IMG/VR virus record: IMGVR_UViG_3300045988_040573
From: a virus
DNA length: 41,536 nucleotides
Strand: one strand, 5' to 3'
In this document: in pieces, positions 1 to 6,902 of the stretch
Layout: every line of letters starts with the position of its first letter
Numbering within the stretch: the stretch's first letter is position 1
The notes under the pieces: generated by a model
Told to the model about the DNA's origin: nothing
What the model saw: only the letters and a program-made list of their open reading frames with translations
Databases searched by the model: none
Made by a program: the position numbers and the translations under genes

Positions 1-55
1 TTGCGTCGTTCCGCATCGCCTGTGATCGCGGACGCCGTGACGCCAACGGCCAGAG
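1..55. repeat. Terminal direct repeat identical to 41482..41536 (assembly overlap of a circular or circularly permuted genome)
   Basis: The first 55 nt (ttgcgtcgttccgcatcgcc...ggccagag) recur exactly as the last 55 nt of the window. Confidence 0.9.
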
Positions 56-407
56 CCATGCAGACTGGCTGGACGTTGTTGCATGGGACAGGACGGCAGA
101 GTTCGTCTGCAAGTATTTCCAGAAAGGCTCCCTGATTGCCATTGATGGCCGCTTGCAGAGCCGCAGCTATCAGGACAAGAACGGCCAGAACCGCACAGCC
201 GTTGAAATCGTGGCCAATAACGTGAATTTTGGGCAAAGCAAGGAAAGTATATACCCTGACACGGAAAACGCGCCAGAGAACGCCGCAGCCGCCACAGAGC
301 GCACGCAAAGCGCACAGCGCACAACGCAAAGTGCAGCACCGAGCTATTCCTCTGGCAACAATGAAGACTTTGCTATGATTGAGGATGAGGGCGATTTGCC
401 GTTCTAA
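3..407 (+). CDS. ssb: Single-stranded DNA-binding protein, C-terminal part (continues from 41406..41536 across the circular junction)
   Basis: The frame is continuous with the 41406 ORF through the terminal repeat. OB-fold-like text (DWLDVVAWDRTAEFVCKYFQKGSLIAIDGRLQSRSYQDKNGQNRTAVEIVANNV), a low-complexity linker, and an acidic tip ending EDEGDLPF typical of bacterial/phage SSB. Confidence 0.9.
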   Translation, partial: ASFRIACDRGRRDANGQSHADWLDVVAWDRTAEFVCKYFQKGSLIAIDGRLQSRSYQDKNGQNRTAVEIVANNVNFGQSKESIYPDTENAPENAAAATERTQSAQRTTQSAAPSYSSGNNEDFAMIEDEGDLPF

Positions 408-417
408 GGTGCAGAAC

Positions 418-837
418 ATGGCTAAAATTTACAAGTATACAGTACCGCTTGCCCCGGTGACGAAGAAGAACAGCCCGCAGATTTTCTACATGGGCGCACG
501 ATGCCCCGTTTGCCACAAGGGTAAAACAGCGCGTGTCATGCCGAGCGCGGCCTATCTCAAGTACGAACGAGCAGCCGTGTATTATCTTACCCCCAAGCCA
601 AAAAAGCCGATAGACACGCCCTGCCGCGTTGAGACGCGGTTCTATATGCCGACGCGCAGACGATGCGACCTGCCGAATCACATCGAGGCAATACACGACA
701 TTCTGGTAAAGGCAAAAATTCTGGCTGATGATAATTATACCATCATCGCCAGCGTGGACGGTTCCCGCGTTATGGTCGACAAAGAGAACCCCCGCACCGA
801 AATTTTCATTGAAGAAATGGAGGATGAGACAACATGA
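418..837 (+). CDS. rusA: RusA-like Holliday junction resolvase
   Basis: MAKIYKYTVPLAPVTKKNSPQI... with a CPVC pair and the RusA-like C-terminal block DLPNHIEAIHDILVKAKILADDNY. An AAGGTG RBS precedes ATG 418. Size about 139 aa. Confidence 0.75.
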   Translation: MAKIYKYTVPLAPVTKKNSPQIFYMGARCPVCHKGKTARVMPSAAYLKYERAAVYYLTPKPKKPIDTPCRVETRFYMPTRRRCDLPNHIEAIHDILVKAKILADDNYTIIASVDGSRVMVDKENPRTEIFIEEMEDETT

Positions 838-1829
838 CAGATGAAGGTTATGAGTACCAGCAATCCATGCAAGAACAGGCCAGGGCCGCACATCGCACAC
901 CAATTTCACCAACACGCATTGCTAGCGAAGCGGAAAATCACAAAAAAGACGGCCCCTGCCAGACCTTTGTTTTGCCCAACCTGCCAAGCGTGGCGGGACG
1001 TGTCAAGTATGCGATGGGTACTATGAATTTGAGCCAGTTCTCCCAGCGTACCGGCATCAGCGGCAGCTACTTAGGCCAGCTGTGCAGCGGCAAGGAAAAG
1101 ACACTCAGCGCCTACAACGCAAACCGTATTGCAGGGGCGTCCAGTATGGGCGTTACCGTCGGCTGGCTGCTGGGTCTGCCCAAGACGGAGGAAAAGCAGC
1201 CGCCCACCCCGCCGCCGGAGCCGGAACTGCCGTACATCTCGGATTTCTGGGAACGACTGGAATGGGCTGTCAAAAACAGCGGGAAGACAAGAAACGCTAT
1301 CAGCTATGAAATGGGCGCAAACACCGATTATATTTCATATTCACTCAGAAACAGAAGTGAAATCCGCGCTGACAAGGCCGACCCATTAGCAAAGGCGCTT
1401 GGCGTAGACAAAGAATGGCTTTTTAAGGGAATAGATTTGTATAAAGAAAAGAAAAGAAACGAACGCATTGCGCCATTGTTAGAGTCCGTAAAGGATGACA
1501 TGTTATGTGAGGGCATAACATATCAGGAAATGGCGAAACGCATTCGGGTAAATAAAGCCTCTTTGTACTACTGGATAAATGGTAATAAGACGCCGAGTGC
1601 CGCCAGTGTAAAAAAAATCAAGTATTATATCGAAAACTTGTCGCCCGCAGCAATGGATTTTAAAAAGGCACATGACGATGTTCAAAAAAATAAAAAATCA
1701 CAAGCAAAAAGCGAAAAAATCGTGCAGAAGGTTGAAGGCGTATACACGGCTGAAACGCTGGCTGCTATTGTATCAGTCTTAAAGGGAACATACAAAGTAA
1801 GTTTAACATTAGAGGAAGTGAACCCATGA
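834..1829 (+). CDS. DNA-binding protein with three HTH-like modules
   Basis: The start overlaps the upstream stop (ATGA). It has three repeated XRE-like segments: NLSQFSQRTGISGSYLGQLCSGKEK, KTRNAISYEMGANTDYISYSLRN and ITYQEMAKRIRVNKASLYYWINGNKTPS. Confidence 0.6.
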   Translation: MTDEGYEYQQSMQEQARAAHRTPISPTRIASEAENHKKDGPCQTFVLPNLPSVAGRVKYAMGTMNLSQFSQRTGISGSYLGQLCSGKEKTLSAYNANRIAGASSMGVTVGWLLGLPKTEEKQPPTPPPEPELPYISDFWERLEWAVKNSGKTRNAISYEMGANTDYISYSLRNRSEIRADKADPLAKALGVDKEWLFKGIDLYKEKKRNERIAPLLESVKDDMLCEGITYQEMAKRIRVNKASLYYWINGNKTPSAASVKKIKYYIENLSPAAMDFKKAHDDVQKNKKSQAKSEKIVQKVEGVYTAETLAAIVSVLKGTYKVSLTLEEVNP

Positions 1830-2155
1830 AAGCCAGACTTCATCCCACCCCGGCCATGCAAAAATCCATAGATGCCTATGCAGAAGCTAAAATTCAGGGA
1901 ATCCAGAGCCGTGCGCAGGAAGCTGTCATGAAAGAACGCAACGACATTGTTACACGAGCCACCTATCTGTGTCTGCTGGCGTGCTATCAGGTCGGTCTTT
2001 CTCCCCGCACCCTGAAACGGATTCAGGATGCAATGACAGGCCCCGTTGCTGATAAATACAACGAGTACCGCAATGACCAGCTTGCCGACCTCTGGGCGCA
2101 GGTAACGTTGCAAAGCATCGGCATTGAAGCACCCAAAACAAAGGAGCCGCTATGA
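1826..2155 (+). CDS. Hypothetical protein
   Basis: ORF translationally coupled to both neighbours (ATGA overlaps). No recognisable motif. Confidence 0.5.
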   Translation: MKARLHPTPAMQKSIDAYAEAKIQGIQSRAQEAVMKERNDIVTRATYLCLLACYQVGLSPRTLKRIQDAMTGPVADKYNEYRNDQLADLWAQVTLQSIGIEAPKTKEPL

Positions 2156-2433
2156 CCACAACAAAATTCTGCAAGACATGCGGGAAAATTATGTGGGACG
2201 TACAGCCCACAAAGCGCTATTGCGATTCCTGCATCCGCAAGCGCAATATCAAAAGCGCGCAGGCATCTTACCAGCGCCGCAAGGATGCCGGTGTTTTGAA
2301 AAAAGGCAAGAAACCCGCCGCGCATCCCTGCCTGAAGAAAACAATAAAACCCATTGAACAATGTACCCGCGAAGCCGCCGCCATTGGCCTGACCTATGGG
2401 CAGTATGTAGCCCGCGGGCTGGATAAGGAGTGA
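2152..2433 (+). CDS. Zinc-ribbon protein, basic
   Basis: CKTCG...CDSC four-Cys ribbon at the N-terminus, a basic middle region, and a start coupled to the upstream gene. Confidence 0.55.
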   Translation: MTTTKFCKTCGKIMWDVQPTKRYCDSCIRKRNIKSAQASYQRRKDAGVLKKGKKPAAHPCLKKTIKPIEQCTREAAAIGLTYGQYVARGLDKE

Positions 2434-2437
2434 GACT

Positions 2438-2806
2438 ATGGACGCTGTTGAATTTTACAAATCAATGAAGCGCATGTGTTACAGTGGTGAAATGTGTGAA
2501 AAATGCCCTCTATATAATAATTTCAGCGAAATGGGAAGTGTTTGTGATGTACTATTGCACATCGAAGATGAGGAGGCTTCCAAAGTTAAAAGCATCGTTG
2601 AACAATGGGCAAAAGACCACCCCGTCAAGACTCGCCAGAGCGAGTTCTTGAAGTTGTTCCCGAATGCCCAAAAAGCAGACGGAATAATAAATATATGTCC
2701 TATCCTTATAGACGAAGGCTATAAGTCAACTAGTGAATGTCTGGGAACAAGATGCAACGTGTGTCGTCAACTGTTTTGGAACGAGGAGGTAACCGACAAT
2801 GACTAA
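2438..2806 (+). CDS. Hypothetical Cys-rich protein
   Basis: GGAG RBS upstream. Cys pairs (CEKCP, CNVC). Fits the co-directional early operon. Confidence 0.5.
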   Translation: MDAVEFYKSMKRMCYSGEMCEKCPLYNNFSEMGSVCDVLLHIEDEEASKVKSIVEQWAKDHPVKTRQSEFLKLFPNAQKADGIINICPILIDEGYKSTSECLGTRCNVCRQLFWNEEVTDND

Positions 2807-3371
2807 CATCACAACCCTACGTCCAGGCGAGCACTTTATGTTCAAAAATTTTGAATGGGTCTGCCTTGACCAGAACCACCCTGACGGCGGCCTGTTGGCA
2901 ATTATGGCTGAACCGTTGGCAAAAGAAGTGAAATTCTGCCCAAGTGATAAATTTGCTGATGAAAAAGGCAACTGGAATAACTACCGCATCAGCAATGTGC
3001 GGGGGATTCTATCCGATATGGCTAGCACTTTTTTCGAGAAAAATAGTCTGCTGTCACATGCCGTTGACCTTGTTGCCGACAACGGCGACAGAGTTTACGG
3101 AACTGTACAGGACTTTGTTTTCATCCTCACTTGTGACGAGTACCGAAAGTACCGCGACTACATCCCGCACTACGACAGCTGGATTTGGACTGCAACGCCG
3201 TGGTATTGTGGTGGCAAGGATTTCGGCCACGTCCGCTGTGTGAGCGTGGGTGGTAAGTTGCGCGGCAACGAAACGTTTATGAGCCATGCTGTCGCCCCGG
3301 CTTGTATTCTCAATCCGAAATCGCTCAATCTGCGCCAGAGCATGGCGTATGTAGATGAGGTATCAGAATGA
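2799..3371 (+). CDS. Hypothetical protein (DUF6273-like architecture)
   Basis: The F-x-W-x-x-L N-terminus, FILTCDEYRKY and WIWTATPW blocks, and the C-terminal VAPAC resemble the FLLS..E / WWLRSP / GVRPA pattern of that family. This is from memory only. Confidence 0.45.
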   Translation: MTNITTLRPGEHFMFKNFEWVCLDQNHPDGGLLAIMAEPLAKEVKFCPSDKFADEKGNWNNYRISNVRGILSDMASTFFEKNSLLSHAVDLVADNGDRVYGTVQDFVFILTCDEYRKYRDYIPHYDSWIWTATPWYCGGKDFGHVRCVSVGGKLRGNETFMSHAVAPACILNPKSLNLRQSMAYVDEVSE

Positions 3372-3748
3372 GCACAACAATAGGCTGCCCGATTCCGGGC
3401 GCAAGCCAGCCGAAAGAACCAGTTCGGCTGATTGACATTAAAGAAATCTTACAATATGACGGTGCACATTTTACATGGTCTGGCGGCAAGAATTTACTTA
3501 CTGAACAGAAAGCCGCCTATGCGCGTGGTTACGACGCCGGGATGAAATTCATCGTAGACGAAGCCAAGAAAGCGCCTGTCATCGCACCCGAATCCCTGCG
3601 GACTACGGCAAGGTGGAAGCATGGCGGGATTGATGGAAATAGCTATACGGTCAACTGGATATGCCGAAAATGCGGAAAAGTGGCTGATTTTGATTATAAG
3701 TATTGCCCCAACTGCGGCGCACGAATGGAGGGACGACGGTATGAATGA
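3368..3748 (+). CDS. Hypothetical protein with C-terminal zinc ribbon
   Basis: CRKCG...CPNCG at the C-terminus. The start is coupled to the upstream stop. Confidence 0.5.
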   Translation: MSTTIGCPIPGASQPKEPVRLIDIKEILQYDGAHFTWSGGKNLLTEQKAAYARGYDAGMKFIVDEAKKAPVIAPESLRTTARWKHGGIDGNSYTVNWICRKCGKVADFDYKYCPNCGARMEGRRYE

Positions 3749-4136
3749 CACCGAATTTGAAAATACGCTAAAAAATGCCGTGCGAGTCTGCATCGGCGAC
3801 GACAACGATCTGATTCGGCGCGGGGATGCTTTGAACGCGATTCGGGAAGTGTGCCGCATCGGATGCTTGCCTTCTTCGGCACTTACACGGAAAGAGCAAA
3901 GGGAAGTTGTTCTGCTTGACACGTTGCAAGCTGTGCGCACGGTCAAAAAGGCAGCCGTTCCAACTGTTGACCCGGAATCACTGCGACCTACGGCACATTG
4001 GATAAAACGAGGATATGTTTGCGGAGAAAACGAATACGAGTGTTCCGCTTGCCACCAAACAGAGTGGAGAACAAGCGCAAGCCGTATGAAGTATTGTATG
4101 TTCTGCGGAAAAAGGATGGTGAACGCAAATGACTGA
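3741..4136 (+). CDS. Hypothetical protein with C-terminal zinc ribbon
   Basis: ATG 3741 overlaps the upstream stop. CSACH...CMFCG ribbon, and a repeated motif (PESLRTTARWK / PESLRPTAHWIK) shared with the preceding ORF. The longer 3621 start was rejected because it lies inside the previous gene. Confidence 0.5.
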   Translation: MNDTEFENTLKNAVRVCIGDDNDLIRRGDALNAIREVCRIGCLPSSALTRKEQREVVLLDTLQAVRTVKKAAVPTVDPESLRPTAHWIKRGYVCGENEYECSACHQTEWRTSASRMKYCMFCGKRMVNAND

Positions 4137-4371
4137 CTGGATAAGCGTTAAAGACAGACTGTCTGATCCAGACGAAAAGGTCATTGTTTACAACGCAGAA
4201 AACGAGGGTACATTTTTTGCCCGTCGCATTGAAAGCAAGTTTGAATGCTGGGATGCGGTTACAAGAGAATTCGTAAACTGGCGCTGGATACCGTATGGAT
4301 ATACTTGCGTTACTCTTGAATCCGTCACCCATTGGATGCCGCTCCCCAAGCCCCCGGAGGTGACCCCATGA
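4129..4371 (+). CDS. DUF551-like phage protein
   Basis: WISVKDRLSDPDEKVIVY... and the C-terminal THWMPLPKPPE match the DUF551 signature (WI..kDrlP ... W.PlP.PP). Confidence 0.7.
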   Translation: MTDWISVKDRLSDPDEKVIVYNAENEGTFFARRIESKFECWDAVTREFVNWRWIPYGYTCVTLESVTHWMPLPKPPEVTP

Positions 4372-4475
4372 CCATTATCCTTGTTATCGCCGCCGTCTTT
4401 GCGCGACGTGCGAGTGGAAGAATGGCGATATTTGCACGCTGCCGCGCTGCATGAAACTGGAAGAGAGGAGATACA

Positions 4476-4907
4476 ATGACCAGAGAAGAATTCAACCAAA
4501 AGAAAGTGTGGCTATGGAGATACCAACGCAGCAGGAATCATGAACGACAGCTGCGCCAGCAGATACAAAGCGAACGTGAACGGGCAACAGCGACCACTAA
4601 AGCATTATCCCCCGTGGTGGTGTCTGCTGGCGGTAAAAATAAAATCGAGGATGCCGTTTGCAGAATCATGGAGCGTCAGGAAGCTCTATACAAGCAGATT
4701 ATTGAAACCGAAATGCAAAGGGAAGAAATCGAAACCGCAATAAACTCTGTTCAAGACCAAATGCAGCGGGACGTTCTGCGGGAGCGGTATATTGTCGGCA
4801 CCCCGTATTGGTGGAAAATTGCGATAAATCTAAATATTTCCGAGCGATGGGCAAAGAAATTACACCGCGCTGCAATTGAAAATCTGTGCACTCCAGTTCA
4901 CTTTTAA
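4476..4907 (+). CDS. Sigma-70 region-4-like late transcriptional regulator (DUF1492/RinA/ArpU-like)
   Basis: The C-terminal block QRDVLRERYIVGTPYWWKIAINLNISERWAKKLHRAAIENL is a region-4 type HTH. It is the last early gene before the packaging module, the usual place for a late activator. Confidence 0.6.
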   Translation: MTREEFNQKKVWLWRYQRSRNHERQLRQQIQSERERATATTKALSPVVVSAGGKNKIEDAVCRIMERQEALYKQIIETEMQREEIETAINSVQDQMQRDVLRERYIVGTPYWWKIAINLNISERWAKKLHRAAIENLCTPVHF

Positions 4908-5038
4908 CCTGCTATTATAGATATGCTGGATGATGTAGGAACGGAACAGACTACGGCATAGCTAAAACCTCCTTTCTTTACCATTTTAATTTCTCCTGTT
5001 TTCATAGCTGGCAGCCGGGAAAGACCGGCATTTTATAT

Positions 5039-5129
5039 GCTGCATAGCCGATTCTATCCACAAAGAATAAGGGCGCTGCGTTCCGCAAGCAACGGAGCGG
5101 CAAAGGTGCAAGACCTATGTGCAGTACCA
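5039..5129 (+). ncRNA. Candidate tRNA-like cloverleaf RNA without an anticodon loop, with a 3' ACCA
   Basis: Hand-folded. An 8-bp closing helix (5039-5046 with 5118-5125) is followed by ACCA. Arm 1 pairs 5051-5055 with 5064-5068. Arm 2 is long (5074-5099) and capped by a GCAA tetraloop. Arm 3 pairs 5105-5107 with 5113-5115. Confidence 0.3.
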
Positions 5130-5239
5130 GAGGTCGGGTAGCTCCCGAACGATGTGAGCGTGTATGGCATACCTCACCCAGAATAAAAATGCCTGCTGAA
5201 AACGATGCGAGTCGATAATCTAAGCGGGAAGCCTACCAT

Positions 5240-5312
5240 GCTGGATTATCTCAAGTGGTAGAGAACCTGTTTTGTAATCAGGGGGTTCTGGGTTCAAGTC
5301 CTCGATTCAGCA
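5240..5312 (+). tRNA. tRNA-Thr (anticodon UGU), CCA encoded at 5313-5315
   Basis: 73-nt cloverleaf. Acceptor stem gctggat/attcagc (7 bp, one G-U). D arm tctc-aagtggta-gaga. Anticodon arm cctgt-ttTGTaa-tcagg (31:39 U-U). T arm ctggg-ttcaagt-cctcg (one mismatch). Discriminator A followed by CCA. Confidence 0.75.
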
Positions 5313-5532
5313 CCAATGCCGATGATACGGGTAAAGATAGCAGGGCCGGACGCGGCAATTGTGTTCCCCGTTAGGCAACCGCCATACGCCTACTAACAGT
5401 GCGTACCATGTGGCGGATTCTGAACAGGCTTATGCTGGTATGGCTTGCCAAAGAAACTTGCAAGACAGAATGCATGAGCCTTATTTTTTAGATGTTCCCG
5501 ACATTTATGTCGGGGAGAAAGGATGGAGACCT

Positions 5533-5850
5533 ATGCCGTATGTTCCTGTCGGCGCTATCGTTGGAGCAATCCATATGCAGAACACGATTTCCAGACACCG
5601 TCGTGAGGAAGAGGAAGAAGCCAAGAAAAAAGAGGAAAAGCCGAAAAGCAAGCAGGATGTGATGCCTATGTATTTCAGGAAAAAGCCGGTTGTCATTGAA
5701 GCGTACCAGACGTGGGAAGAACTTGATATTTTTACGCTTGAAGGCGTTATGCACGCTGCTCCCGGTGACTGGATTATCACTGGTGTGAACGGTGAACAGT
5801 ATCCGTGCAAGCCGGACATCTTTGAAAAGACATACGAGCCTGTAGAGTGA
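5533..5850 (+). CDS. Small phage protein (hydrophobic N-terminus, E/K-rich linker, conserved C-terminal domain)
   Basis: RBS gagaaaggatgg lies 5-8 nt before ATG 5533. The C-terminal [13 protein letters not shown]...[28 protein letters not shown] looks like a recurrent small phage domain. The N-terminal 58 codons of the listed ORF 5359.. look non-coding. Confidence 0.55.
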   Translation: MPYVPVGAIVGAIHMQNTISRHRREEEEEAKKKEEKPKSKQDVMPMYFRKKPVVIEAYQTWEELDIFTLEGVMHAAPGDWIITGVNGEQYPCKPDIFEKTYEPVE

Positions 5851-5998
5851 ACAGATCGCGGCAAGCCTCTGGTGCACGCAACTTGCAAAAGCGTGCAAGT
5901 TTGTAACAAGTTTCTGAATATAAGACGGTAATGCGTTGAATGGTAACTTGCTTGTAACTTGCACACCGTGCAACACGCGCAACTGCCGCGCCTTATAT

Positions 5999-6066
5999 GC
6001 CAACATAGCTTAACTGGTAAAGCAGGGCCGTTAGGCTCAGTTCCGGGTTCAAGTCCCGCTGTTGGA
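5999..6066 (+). ncRNA. tRNA-like element with a 4-nt loop in place of the anticodon loop (aberrant or pseudo tRNA)
   Basis: Acceptor stem gccaaca/tgttgga (6 bp plus a 1:72 G-A). D arm gctt-aactggta-aagc. Stem gggcc/ggctc encloses only gtta. T arm ccggg-ttcaagt-cccgc. Total 68 nt, with no encoded CCA. Confidence 0.4.
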
Positions 6067-6426
6067 TAAAGCTGGGTCGCACCCACCGGCTAAGCCCGGC
6101 GCAGGCAAAACGCGATAGATAACCTAAACGCTGTAAGCAAAGCGGCAAGCCGATTAGGAGCGCGGCGCGATGGCAGACCGCAACGGGACTTCGAGAGCCT
6201 GAAAAAGTCTGCTCGGCATCTGCTTGTGCGGACTCCGTTACTGACGCAGTTACGCATCGCCGGAACCCATAATATCAAAGCAGAGACCGCGACCAGCGGA
6301 CGGGATATAAATAACGCTGGATTACGTTGCGGATTTGCTCCCCGCAACGGGTGAGGTCGGCACAGCATACACCGACAGGGCGGGAACGCGCTTTTCCTCC
6401 GGCGCAAAGGGGGTTTGGGGGATATA

Positions 6427-6455
6427 AGCCTACACAAATTGTGTGGGCTTTTTGT
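6427..6455 (+). terminator. Rho-independent terminator closing the RNA island
   Basis: 9-bp stem aagcctacac / gtgtgggctt with a 5-nt loop, followed by a TTTTT run. It lies about 20 nt upstream of the terS start. Confidence 0.75.
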
Positions 6456-6476
6456 ATTGTAAGGCGAGGTGATAAA

Positions 6477-6902
6477 GTGGCATCAAGAAAAAATCCGGTG
6501 GGCGCACCACCTAAATACAGAAGCGTAAAGGCAATGCAAGAAAAGATTGATGCCTACTTTGAAGCCTGCAAAGGACAGCCGTTCTTAGACGATAACGGCG
6601 AACCGATGCGAAATAAAAACGGCTATATCATCTATGACGATAAAAAGCCGCCTACTGTGACAGGGTTGGCGCTTGCACTTGGTTTTGCATCAAGGCAGGC
6701 GCTTTTGAATTACCAAAATAAACCAGAGTTCAATGACACGATTACGCGTGCAAAGACCCGTTGTGAACAGTACGCCGAAGAAAGACTATATGACAAAGAG
6801 GGCTCAGGCGGCGCACAGTTCAGCTTGCGGGCAAATTTCGGATGGCAGGATAAGCCGGAACAACAGCAGGATAGCGAGGTGCTAATCATAGATGACTTGT
6901 AA
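6477..6902 (+). CDS. Terminase small subunit
   Basis: GTG start with RBS aggcgaggtga. PTVTGLALALGFASRQALLNYQ (HTH) and the FSLRANFGWQDK block are typical of Firmicutes phage TerS. It lies directly upstream of and overlaps terL. Confidence 0.8.
   Translation: MASRKNPVGAPPKYRSVKAMQEKIDAYFEACKGQPFLDDNGEPMRNKNGYIIYDDKKPPTVTGLALALGFASRQALLNYQNKPEFNDTITRAKTRCEQYAEERLYDKEGSGGAQFSLRANFGWQDKPEQQQDSEVLIIDDL

Noticed and set aside
4368-4454. A 28-codon hydrophobic ORF (MTIILVIAAVFARRASGRMAIFARCRAA) coupled to the DUF551 stop.
   Set aside because: It is very short with low-information sequence. I cannot separate it from chance without conservation or expression data, so it is not listed as a feature.
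5039-5315. A phage-encoded tmRNA. The 5' gctgcat could also pair with the 3' attcagc-ACCA of the tRNA-Thr end, and gccgattctatcc loosely resembles the tmRNA 5' GAUUC region.
   Set aside because: Bases 5240-5312 fold into a complete conventional cloverleaf with a UGU anticodon, which is the simpler explanation. I found no resume codon or tag ORF ending in an ALAA-like sequence, and could not identify pseudoknots.
5359-5532. The N-terminal 58 codons of listed ORF 5359..5850.
   Set aside because: There is no RBS at 5359, and the peptide ([23 protein letters not shown]...) overlaps structured, tRNA-like-derived sequence. A good RBS precedes the internal ATG at 5533.
6090-6476. ORF 6090..6437 (- strand, 115 aa) and the 5' extension of the terS ORF from 6327.
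   Set aside because: Both have Arg/Pro/Cys-rich low-complexity translations. Neither has an RBS. The + extension would read through an intrinsic terminator. GTG 6477 has a proper RBS and gives a normal-length TerS.
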